Below, piece after piece: positions 27,383-35,726 of a DNA stretch of 64,000 nt (its first letter is position 1; every line of letters starts with the position of its first letter). The position numbers and the translations under genes are program-made. Below the pieces are notes generated by a model. That model did no database searches. It saw only the letters and a program-made list of their open reading frames with translations, and was not told the DNA's origin. Origin of the DNA: Lachnospiraceae bacterium (GTDB lineage Bacteria; Bacillota; Clostridia; Lachnospirales; Lachnospiraceae); contig JAEEQC010000002.1 of the NCBI GenBank assembly GCA_016285135.1, positions 515-64,514 on the forward strand, written 5' to 3'.

Positions 27383-28750
27383 TCAGAACCCAAACTTCTT
27401 TCCGAAAGGAAGCCTGAATCCTTTCTTTCCCTTACCTCCCATCATGCCGGTGAACTGTTTCATCATCTTGCGGGTTTCAAGGAACTGTTTTACCATCCTG
27501 TTGACATCAGCTATATCAACGCCGCTTCCTCTTGAGATCCTGTTCTTTCTGGAGGGATTGAGCAGATCGGGGTTAGCGCGCTCTGCCTTGGTCATCGAAT
27601 TAATGATGGTCTCTACGGTTTTAAGGTTGTCCTCGGCTGCGTCGGTATCGACACCCTTAAGGTTCATGTTGCCCATTCCCATGCCGGGGAGCATCTCCAT
27701 GATCTTGCCGAGACCACCCATCTTCTTCATGTTTTTTATCTGATCAAGGTAGTCGTTGAAATCAAATTCCTGCTTGCGGATCTTTTTCTCAAGCTCTTTT
27801 GCCTTCTCTTCATCGAACTGCTCCTGTGCTTTGTCGATAAGAGTAAGGATATCGCCCATTCCGAGGATACGGCTTGCCATACGGTCAGGATAAAACTCTT
27901 CGATGTCCGTGAGCTTCTCTCCGGTGCCGACGTAGAGGATCGGTCTGCCTGTAACCGCTTTGATTGAAAGCGCCGCACCGCCTCTTGTATCGCCGTCAAG
28001 CTTAGTGAGGATAACGCCTGTGACCGTGAGCTTGTTGTTAAATGCTTCGGCAACATTGACCGCGTCCTGACCTGTCATGGAATCGACAGTTAGTATCGTA
28101 TGGTCTATGGAAAGCTTTTCCTTGACAGTTACGAGCTCATTCATCATCTCTTCGTCGATGTGAAGACGACCGGCTGTATCTATGATCACTACATTCTGAC
28201 CGTTCTGCGATGCATGAGAAAGAGCTGCCTTAACGATATCTACAGGCGGATGATTTGTCCCCATGGAGAAGCAGTCAACTCCGACCTTGCCTGCATTGAT
28301 CTGCAGCTGCTCGATGGCTGCGGGACGGTAGATATCACATGCTACAAGCAGGGGCTTACGTCCCTGTGATTTAAACTTACCGGCCAGCTTGGCTGCCATC
28401 GTGGTCTTACCTGCACCCTGAAGACCGCACATCATGATGGTCGTGATCTCGTTCGCGGGTTTGAGCTCGATCCTTGTGATCTCGTCACCCATGAGCTTCT
28501 TCATCTCGTCGTTGACGATCTTGATGACCATCTGTCCGGGAGTCAGCGAATTAAGTACATCCGTACCGACTGCTCTCTCAGTAGTCGAAGCTATGAAACT
28601 CTTAACAACCTTGAAGCTTACATCAGCTTCAAGAAGTGCCATCTTTACTTCTCTCATGGCTTCCTTGACATCGGACTCGGAAAGACGTCCTTTGCCGCGC
28701 AGCTTATCAAACACTTTTTGCAGTTTTTCGCTTAAGCTGTCAAATGCCAT
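27383..28750 (-). CDS. ffh: Signal recognition particle protein Ffh
   Basis: NG domain GLQGAGKTTMAAKLA ... DTAGR ... TKLDGD, and the Met-rich M domain MLPGMGMGNM. Confidence 0.95.
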   Translation of the reverse strand: MAFDSLSEKLQKVFDKLRGKGRLSESDVKEAMREVKMALLEADVSFKVVKSFIASTTERAVGTDVLNSLTPGQMVIKIVNDEMKKLMGDEITRIELKPANEITTIMMCGLQGAGKTTMAAKLAGKFKSQGRKPLLVACDIYRPAAIEQLQINAGKVGVDCFSMGTNHPPVDIVKAALSHASQNGQNVVIIDTAGRLHIDEEMMNELVTVKEKLSIDHTILTVDSMTGQDAVNVAEAFNNKLTVTGVILTKLDGDTRGGAALSIKAVTGRPILYVGTGEKLTDIEEFYPDRMASRILGMGDILTLIDKAQEQFDEEKAKELEKKIRKQEFDFNDYLDQIKNMKKMGGLGKIMEMLPGMGMGNMNLKGVDTDAAEDNLKTVETIINSMTKAERANPDLLNPSRKNRISRGSGVDIADVNRMVKQFLETRKMMKQFTGMMGGKGKKGFRLPFGKKFGF

Positions 28751-28781
28751 CTGTTAACTCCTTTTGCCGGGTATCGTACTG

Positions 28782-29168
28782 TCAGGATATTATCTTCCTG
28801 ATCTCTTCGATACCTGCTTTTATCTCTTTTAAACGCATATCTGACAGGTCTTTATCTGCTTTGCTCCCTTCGGAACCGAAAAGCTCTTTTTCTATCTTGT
28901 CGAGCTCATTGTTGATAATGTCATAACCCTCGACAAGCCTGAGTACTTCATCGATCTTTTTGAGCTTTTCATGCGACCTGATAAGAACATCCCTGACACC
29001 CTGACGGCTGAGCCCCGTTTCGGCTGCCGTTTCACCGAGTGACATATCGTAGACGACGTATGATTCGACAATCTTCTTGGACTTTTCACTGAGAAGTCCG
29101 CCGTAACGGTCATAAAGCCTTGATAATTCTATGAATTCGAGTATTCTTTCGTCGCCGTCGTTCTTCAT
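28782..29168 (-). CDS. ylxM: YlxM/UPF0122 putative helix-turn-helix protein
   Basis: LYDRYGGLLSEKSKKIVESYVVYDMSLGETAAETGLSRQGVRDVL (sigma-70 region 4-like HTH), conserved immediately upstream of ffh. Confidence 0.85.
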   Translation of the reverse strand: MKNDGDERILEFIELSRLYDRYGGLLSEKSKKIVESYVVYDMSLGETAAETGLSRQGVRDVLIRSHEKLKKIDEVLRLVEGYDIINNELDKIEKELFGSEGSKADKDLSDMRLKEIKAGIEEIRKIIS

Positions 29169-29253
29169 GTCTTATCTTTCACGGATACGCGTCCGATTAA
29201 TTGCTTCAAAATACAGCCTGATACCTGTAAAGTATTTTTCTTTACAGGTGAAT

Positions 29254-29282
29254 AATTTACAGCAAGAGAAGCCATATGTCAA
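29254..29282 (-). promoter_or_regulatory. Putative promoter of the ylxM-ffh operon
   Basis: Minus strand reads TTGACA, a 17-nt spacer, then TAAATT. A perfect 10-bp hairpin (29223-29249) follows directly. Confidence 0.5.
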
Positions 29283-29386
29283 GCATATTTTATGTATTTT
29301 TATATCTTTTCTATATTTGTTTATTTTCTGATACTCACTTTAAAAATAGATATAAAAATGTCTTTAGCGCGATTGTTTATAAAGTC

Positions 29387-29414
29387 AAAGCCGGATAAAA
29401 ATCTATCCGGCTTT
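29387..29414 (-). terminator. Hairpin, probable terminator of the acyl-CoA synthetase gene
   Basis: 11-bp stem aaagccggata / tatccggcttt with a 6-nt loop. The T-run is weak (TTTGACTTTAT on the minus strand). Confidence 0.45.
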
Positions 29415-29492
29415 GTAATATGATGCATTCTTTGTCGTCTTTATTGTTCCTGTGACAATGAAATATGTTTCTGCATATACAACTGTGCTTGA

Positions 29493-31130
29493 TTATGCCT
29501 TGTTCTGCGCATCGACAAGTCTCTCACCGCCGTACATCTTACGAAGCTTCGGCTTCTCGATCTTCCCGGTAGGATTACGGGGGATCGTTGTAAAGATGAC
29601 TTCATGAGGTCTCTTGTAACGGGGAAGCTTGAGGCAGTACTCATCTACTTCTTCTTTTGTGAGCGTAAAGCCTTCCTTTACTTCAATGATAGCAGCTGTT
29701 GTCTCACCGAGACGCTTGTCGGGAACACCGATGACAGCAACGTCCTTAACGGCATTATGCGTACGAATAAAGTCTTCGATCTGCACAGGGTAGATGTTCT
29801 CACCGCCTGAGATAACGACATCCTTCTTTCTGTCAACAAGGAAGATGAATCCGTCCTCGTCTTCCATCGCCATATCCCCTGTGTAAAGCCAGCCTTCCTT
29901 GTCAAGGACTTCATCGGTTGACTTGGGATCGTTATAGTAGCAGATCATGACGCCGGGACCCTTAACCGCGAGTTCTCCGACTTCGCCTCTCTTGACGGGG
30001 TTGCGCTTCTCATCGACGATCTTCGTCTCCCAGCCGTAGCCTGCTTTTCCGATAGCGCCGACCTTGTCGAAGTTACCGAGCCCGAGGTGAACGCAGCCGG
30101 GCCCGATAGACTCGGAAAGACCGTAGTTTGTATCATAGTCATGATTCGGGAAGATCGTTCTCCAACGCTTGATAAGACTCGGAGGAACGGGCTGTGCACC
30201 GATGTGCATAAGTCTCCATCCCGAAAGATCGTAATCTTTGAGGTTGATGTCTCCCCTGTCGATGGCATCAAGGATATCCTGCGCCCACGGAACAAGGAGC
30301 CAGACGATGGTACAATGCTCGTCCGAAGCGGCTTTAATAATGACATCGGGCTTGGTACCCTTGAGAAGAACAGCCTTTCCTCCAACAAGGAAGCTTCCGA
30401 ACCAGTGCATCTTCGCGCCTGTATGATAAAGAGGCGGGATGCACAGGAAGATGTCGTCATGAGTCTGCTTATGATGATTCTGCTCGCAACGGCAGCTGTG
30501 CATGAGCGCTCTGTGCTTATGAAGGATAGCCTTGGGGAAACCTGTGGTTCCGGACGAGAAATAGATGGCTGCAAAATCGTCCTCTGTAATATCTCTTTTT
30601 TCAAAATGACTTGAGCAGTTAGCCGTAAGTGAAACATAATCCTCGGCAAATGAAGGGCAGTTACTTCCGACATAATAAAGAAGTCTCTTCTTTGAGATCT
30701 CGTCTGCGATCTCCTCGACACGGCCGATAAATTCAGGTCCGAAAACAAGAACATCAACCTCGGCAAGATCAAGGCAATACTTGATCTCGTCCGATGCGTA
30801 ACGGAAGTTGAGAGGAACGGCGAGTGCACCTGTCTTTAAGATACCGAAGTAGATGGGAAGCCATTCAAGGCAGTTCATAAGAAGGATCGCAACCTTGTCA
30901 CCCTTCTTAACTCCTCTTGAAACAAGAAGATTTGCAAATCTGTTTGCCTTCTCCTCAAAAACCTTCCAAGTGATCTCACGTCTGAAATGTACAAGCGGAT
31001 CGGATTCGATCAGTTCATACTCTTTCCATGTGACTCTCTTCTTCTCTTTAACTTCGGGATTGATCTCTATAAGAGCTGTTTCTTCTCCGAATTTTTGGAC
31101 ATTCTCTTCCAATACATCAACAATAGTCAT
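29493..31130 (-). CDS. AMP-forming acyl-CoA synthetase / fatty-acid-CoA ligase family
   Basis: AMP-binding motif IYFSSGTTGFPKAILHKH, NYGLSES, YTGDMAMEDEDGFIFLVDRKKDVVISGGENIYP, C-terminal PRNPTGKIEK. Confidence 0.88.
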   Translation of the reverse strand: MTIVDVLEENVQKFGEETALIEINPEVKEKKRVTWKEYELIESDPLVHFRREITWKVFEEKANRFANLLVSRGVKKGDKVAILLMNCLEWLPIYFGILKTGALAVPLNFRYASDEIKYCLDLAEVDVLVFGPEFIGRVEEIADEISKKRLLYYVGSNCPSFAEDYVSLTANCSSHFEKRDITEDDFAAIYFSSGTTGFPKAILHKHRALMHSCRCEQNHHKQTHDDIFLCIPPLYHTGAKMHWFGSFLVGGKAVLLKGTKPDVIIKAASDEHCTIVWLLVPWAQDILDAIDRGDINLKDYDLSGWRLMHIGAQPVPPSLIKRWRTIFPNHDYDTNYGLSESIGPGCVHLGLGNFDKVGAIGKAGYGWETKIVDEKRNPVKRGEVGELAVKGPGVMICYYNDPKSTDEVLDKEGWLYTGDMAMEDEDGFIFLVDRKKDVVISGGENIYPVQIEDFIRTHNAVKDVAVIGVPDKRLGETTAAIIEVKEGFTLTKEEVDEYCLKLPRYKRPHEVIFTTIPRNPTGKIEKPKLRKMYGGERLVDAQNKA

Positions 31131-31205
31131 AAGAATTATCTCCTAAAACGTAATAAGGAAGCTGTAATCACAGCTTCCTTACTATATCACTTTAACGCGT
31201 CAAAA

Positions 31206-32717
31206 TCAAGTGTATGCATAATTTACAAATTTTCTAAACGAAAACTTTATATCGGGAATTTGAACATCATCATAATACAAACTTTCTGACGGTTTTAAGT
31301 AATCTATCTTATCCATATATTTTATCAAGGGTTCTATATATCCTCTTGGTATATCGTATTCTCTAATATAATAATTCAGACTATTATCATAATATACAAA
31401 TTGGATTTTTGCATTTAAACTGTATCCCAGCCCTTTTTGGGTAATGATTTTTTCGTGAAGATCATAAAATGCTGCTTTTTTAACAATATCTTCCGGATCA
31501 TTATTCATTCTCACTATATAGTTCTTGATCAATAAAGGATCGTCTTTATCTTGTATTTCAGCTCTGACTGTCATATATTGCGTATCATTGTAATCAGGAA
31601 TATAGTCTTTAATTCCAAACACATCCGATACTGTTATAGTACACAACGCTAACGCAACAAGAAAAACAGGTATCACTTGAAATCTTATCTGTTTGAATAC
31701 ATTAAATCTCTTGTATATGATCATCTCAGCAATTATGTATAACATTAGTGCAAAGAAGATGAACATAGAACAGATAACTGTATTTTTAACTGAAGTATCA
31801 TTAATATAATATGTCGAAGTGATACCTAACAAAGTTGTCAGGAAAGCAGATAAACTGATTGAAAAACCCCATTTAAAAATATATCTGCATGACTTAAAGG
31901 CAACTATTTCACCGGAAACTTCACTTTTCCTTTTCCTGTAAAGAATATAAGCCAAAATGATCATTAATGATCCACATATCAGCTCAATAGGCAATACTTT
32001 TTCTATTCCTATAAAACCATAGCTTTCTGTTACATAATTGAAACTAAAATTATATGAGATGCATACACGAACCGGAGATAAAATCATCAACCATCCCTTT
32101 GGTGCACTTATAACGCCAGTAACATTCAAAAGATTACAAATAATTGTATTAGCAATAAAGAACATTAATTCCGCATAACAGAACAAAATGGCTGTCATGG
32201 ATAACACAGAAACAATATTGCTGAACAACATTATCATAAGGATGGTAAAAGCATATATATAAAAGCTTTCACAACAGAGCATCCCAAACAATTTCATTAT
32301 CGTGGCTCCATGTGGAGCTCCTTGCATACTACTGATGATTATTGTTGAAAGTGTAACAATAAACAACGAACCGATTATCAGAACAAAACCTGTAATGCCC
32401 ATTACGGAAAAAAGTTTTGTTCTAGTGTACGGCAGATGATGAAAAAATGCAGTTGCTTTTTCTTTTGTTAAATAATCAAATGTTCTTATAGCTATAATTA
32501 TACAAAAAGGAATGATCAAATATCTTAATTCATCAATCGATGTCAAATAATGCATATTCCCGGACAATGAGTTATTTATCAAAGCAGTTAAAGGAATAAT
32601 CCAAAGCATTACGAATGTAAAAATACTCCATATAATGCTTGTATGCTTTACTGTGTACCCAACGAGCGACATTATACTGCATCCATTATTCTTCTTAGCT
32701 CTCAGTTTCCCTTCCAA
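31206..32717 (-). CDS. Large polytopic membrane protein, putative ABC-2-type permease (paralogue B) with soluble C-terminal tail
   Basis: About 10 or more hydrophobic segments. Shares FHHLPYTRTKLF and SGEIVAFKSCRYIFKWGF with the 33103-34632 protein. TTG start with AGGGGG RBS; overlaps the GntR stop by 23 nt. Confidence 0.65.
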   Translation of the reverse strand: MEGKLRAKKNNGCSIMSLVGYTVKHTSIIWSIFTFVMLWIIPLTALINNSLSGNMHYLTSIDELRYLIIPFCIIIAIRTFDYLTKEKATAFFHHLPYTRTKLFSVMGITGFVLIIGSLFIVTLSTIIISSMQGAPHGATIMKLFGMLCCESFYIYAFTILMIMLFSNIVSVLSMTAILFCYAELMFFIANTIICNLLNVTGVISAPKGWLMILSPVRVCISYNFSFNYVTESYGFIGIEKVLPIELICGSLMIILAYILYRKRKSEVSGEIVAFKSCRYIFKWGFSISLSAFLTTLLGITSTYYINDTSVKNTVICSMFIFFALMLYIIAEMIIYKRFNVFKQIRFQVIPVFLVALALCTITVSDVFGIKDYIPDYNDTQYMTVRAEIQDKDDPLLIKNYIVRMNNDPEDIVKKAAFYDLHEKIITQKGLGYSLNAKIQFVYYDNSLNYYIREYDIPRGYIEPLIKYMDKIDYLKPSESLYYDDVQIPDIKFSFRKFVNYAYT

Positions 32718-33084
32718 TTGTATTTCCCCCTTTGCTATCCCTTATAAATGTTATGAGTTTTTCTTTGTCGAAATTCAAATAAACAAGCTCGTTAGTTACT
32801 TCCTTGAATTTTTCAAACAGCATGTTTGTGTGAGTTTCGGCCATTTCGGCAGCATTCGAAGCAAACGACCCTTTCCCCGCAACAGAATATAGATAACCCT
32901 CCGATTCGAGTTCTCTGTATGCTCTTGCTATCGTGTTGGGGTTGATCGCAGTTTTTACTGCCAGCTCACGCACCGATTCAAGCTTTTGATCCGGTTTAAT
33001 GATCCCAGCCATCATCAACCGTTTGATCTCATCCTTAATTTGTCGGTAGATAGGCCGTGAATCTCTGTAATTAATGTTAATCAA
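32695..33084 (-). CDS. GntR-family (YtrA-like, short effector domain) transcriptional regulator
   Basis: PIYRQIKDEIKRLMMAGIIKPDQKLESVRELAVKTAINPNTIARAYRELESEGYLYSVAGKGSF winged-HTH. 129 aa. TTG start after AAGGAGG. Confidence 0.88.
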   Translation of the reverse strand: MININYRDSRPIYRQIKDEIKRLMMAGIIKPDQKLESVRELAVKTAINPNTIARAYRELESEGYLYSVAGKGSFASNAAEMAETHTNMLFEKFKEVTNELVYLNFDKEKLITFIRDSKGGNTIGRETES

Positions 33085-33102
33085 GCGCTACCTCCTTTGT
33101 GA

Positions 33103-34632
33103 TTATTCATAATATCCGGTACTTTTAGGTAAATCATTGTATGTTTCCATTTGATCCAGATATTTCTCTACGTATTCGATAGGAACATAATACTGTCGGG
33201 TTATATTTGACCCGTCTTTAAGGCTATACCAGATATGCACCATGTTTTCGTAGTCTTCCGTAGCTTTGTCCGAAATAAAATACTTGTTGTAACCTGTCCT
33301 TTTATATGTAAATGTGTCAGGATCATCTGCTATGATGTTTTTGTGCATTTCGAGGAATGCATCTATCTTCTCATATTCCGATAACTTACCACTATTGAGA
33401 TTGATAAAGAAATATGATCCAAATTTGCTTGTATATGTTTCGTTAATCCCAAGATTTACATTTACGTTTACGCTTTCTATATCATCCTTGTCGGGAACAT
33501 AACGTGATATACCAAATACGTCAAACAACAGCATAAGCGCTATCAAAATACTTACAGCTACAGGTATCAGTATTTCAAATCTCAGTTTATAGAACACGTT
33601 AAACTTCTTACAAATTATCATTTCTGCTATAACGTATGACAAAACAACAAAGAAGATATAAAGCAAGGTTTGAACGATATAGAGAGTTGACTGCATTTCG
33701 ATACTTCCTGTAACGGCATCACCGAGGAAGAATGTAAGAAATGCACCAAAACTGAAGGCAAAACCCCATTTGAATACAAGTCTGAAAGAATTGAAGGCTA
33801 TAATCTCGCCGGATCTTTCACTCTTTCTGTACTTGTAAAGTAAGAAAGCAGCAACTATCATCAGAGCTCCTACCACTAGATCCTCAGTTATGGTTAAAGC
33901 AAGGTTTGTAAAACTATAACCACTTTCATTGTTTATCCAATAATCAGTTGATATGTATATGCTTGTCGCCATTGATACCGGAGAGAGAAACTGGAAAAAT
34001 CCTCTGGGAAATATAAAGTTATTTATAACCGACGTATGCAGGTTAGAAAACAGTGAACTGTAAATGCTTGTAATCACTTCCGCATAGAAAAACAATATAC
34101 CGGTCATAGCATATCCGGAAACTTTTGTACCGAAAATGATAGCTATCAGTATTGTAAAGCTGTATAAATATATGCATTCGCAGCAAAGAATCAAAAACCA
34201 TTCGATCATAAAAACAACAACGTTGTATCCTTTAGCTGCGGCAATGATAGCACTCGCTACTCCAACCAGAAACAACGGAATCATTATGAGCAGGAATCCC
34301 GAAACAGCATTTACAACAAAAAGCTTTGTCCTTGTATAGGGCAGCGAATGAAAGAATGTAGTCGATTTCTCTTTCATGAGATAACCGAACAGTTTCATGG
34401 CCATAAGAACACACACAGGTATAACCAGAATTTTAGCAATTTCAAACGGTGCATCTAAGTTTAAATATTTACGACCATAGATCATATCAAAAGTAAGAGA
34501 TACAGGAATAAGCCAGCTCAGGAAGAAAAGCTCAGCTGCCCATATCGGCCATGTTTTTTTGACATTATTTATAATGAGCGCTTTGGCTCCGGGTGCTTTC
34601 CATGTATCAGATGATAATATCTTTGATTCCAT
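33103..34632 (-). CDS. Large polytopic membrane protein, putative ABC-2-type permease (paralogue A) with soluble C-terminal tail
   Basis: Carries FHSLPYTRTKLF and SGEIIAFNSFRLVFKWGF. Start chosen at MESKILSSD (ATG 34632, GGAGG 8 nt upstream); the track ORF extends to 34671. Overlaps the ATPase 3' end by 26 nt. Confidence 0.65.
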   Translation of the reverse strand: MESKILSSDTWKAPGAKALIINNVKKTWPIWAAELFFLSWLIPVSLTFDMIYGRKYLNLDAPFEIAKILVIPVCVLMAMKLFGYLMKEKSTTFFHSLPYTRTKLFVVNAVSGFLLIMIPLFLVGVASAIIAAAKGYNVVVFMIEWFLILCCECIYLYSFTILIAIIFGTKVSGYAMTGILFFYAEVITSIYSSLFSNLHTSVINNFIFPRGFFQFLSPVSMATSIYISTDYWINNESGYSFTNLALTITEDLVVGALMIVAAFLLYKYRKSERSGEIIAFNSFRLVFKWGFAFSFGAFLTFFLGDAVTGSIEMQSTLYIVQTLLYIFFVVLSYVIAEMIICKKFNVFYKLRFEILIPVAVSILIALMLLFDVFGISRYVPDKDDIESVNVNVNLGINETYTSKFGSYFFINLNSGKLSEYEKIDAFLEMHKNIIADDPDTFTYKRTGYNKYFISDKATEDYENMVHIWYSLKDGSNITRQYYVPIEYVEKYLDQMETYNDLPKSTGYYE

Positions 34633-35506
34633 AGTCTTCGCCTCCAAGTTCATAAATAAAGATCTCCTCAAGGGTTAAAGGAATAACGTCTAAGATCACC
34701 GGCTGGAATGATCTGAACACATCTTCTATCATTTTTGCTTCGCCGCGGATTATGTACGTATATACCGAAGCGTTGTTCTGTACATGAAGGATATCGAGCT
34801 TGTCCTTAAGCTCGGGTGCTTCACCGTTATAGACAACCTGATACTTGACAACACTGCCCTGAAGGGATGAAAGACTCTTCTCGAGCATCATTTTGCCCTT
34901 GTTCAGAATGCCGACCGTATCACACACATCCTCAAGCTCTCTGAGGTTGTGCGATGATACAAGCACTGTAGTGCTTCTCTCTGCAACATCCTGAAGGAGC
35001 AGGCTCCAAACCTGTCTTCTCATAACGGGATCAAGTCCGTCCACTGGCTCATCGAGGATGATGATCTCGGGATTACAGCAGATCGTAAGCCAGAAAGCTG
35101 CCTGCTTCTGCATACCCTTTGAAAGTTTACAGATGGGCTTATTAATGTTTATGGATGAAAAGACTTCCTTAAGCTTCTCAAAACGCTCCATATCAAAATC
35201 CTTGTATACATTCCTGTAGAACTTCATCATCTGTTTCACGCTTGCTCTGTTGATAAAGAACAATTCGTCGGGAATATATGAGATCTTCTCTTTGATCTTG
35301 GGATTCTCATAAACGGGTTCGTTATTGATACGAACCTCTCCCTTGTCTGCCTTGTATACACCTGTAAGGTGCTTAATGATCGTTGACTTTCCCGCTCCGT
35401 TCGGACCGACAAGTCCGTAAACACTGCCTTTCTCTACAGTCAGGCTAATACCGTCAAGCGCTTTTAAACCGTCAAAAGACTTTTCTACATTTTCTACTCT
35501 GATCAA
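34607..35506 (-). CDS. ABC transporter ATP-binding protein (ABC-2/bacitracin-type)
   Basis: Walker A GPNGAGKSTII, signature LSKGMQKQ, Walker B IIILDEPVDGLD, H-loop SSHNL. Start chosen at TTG 35506, 7 nt after AGGAGG; the track ORF extends to 35569. Confidence 0.88.
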   Translation of the reverse strand: MIRVENVEKSFDGLKALDGISLTVEKGSVYGLVGPNGAGKSTIIKHLTGVYKADKGEVRINNEPVYENPKIKEKISYIPDELFFINRASVKQMMKFYRNVYKDFDMERFEKLKEVFSSININKPICKLSKGMQKQAAFWLTICCNPEIIILDEPVDGLDPVMRRQVWSLLLQDVAERSTTVLVSSHNLRELEDVCDTVGILNKGKMMLEKSLSSLQGSVVKYQVVYNGEAPELKDKLDILHVQNNASVYTYIIRGEAKMIEDVFRSFQPVILDVIPLTLEEIFIYELGGEDYGIKDIII

Positions 35507-35571
35507 TGTGGTACCTCCTTTTTTTGCTCCCTTAATATTTTCGTAATGAATGAGAAATTGAATCGTCATAG

Positions 35572-35620
35572 TGTACTATCACTACTAGTACAGTTATAAC
35601 ACATCTGTTGTTTTTGTCAA
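35572..35620 (-). promoter_or_regulatory. Promoter plus palindromic operator upstream of the ABC/GntR cluster
   Basis: Minus strand reads TTGACA (35615-35620), a 16-nt spacer, then TATAAC (35593-35598). Immediately after comes the inverted repeat TGTACTA-N7-TAGTACA (35572-35592), a plausible autoregulatory GntR/YtrA site. Confidence 0.5.
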
Positions 35621-35663
35621 GTGGAAAATTGTAATTTCGGAGGGGGACTTATGTACTCTAAAC

Positions 35664-35702
35664 ACATAAAAAGAAGACTTGAAAACAAGCCTCAAGTCTT
35701 CC
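35664..35702 (-). terminator. Rho-independent terminator after the HD-GYP fusion gene
   Basis: Perfect 10-bp stem gaagacttga / tcaagtcttc followed on the minus strand by TTTTTATGTG. Confidence 0.75.
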
Positions 35703-35726
35703 ATGAAAAAACTATAGATCAGATTG

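Noticed and set aside
29945-30829. 294-aa minus-strand ORF in another frame of the acyl-CoA synthetase gene
   Set aside because: It is off-frame and overlaps a gene with clear AMP-binding motifs. Its Ser/Arg-rich composition is typical of frame-shifted reading.
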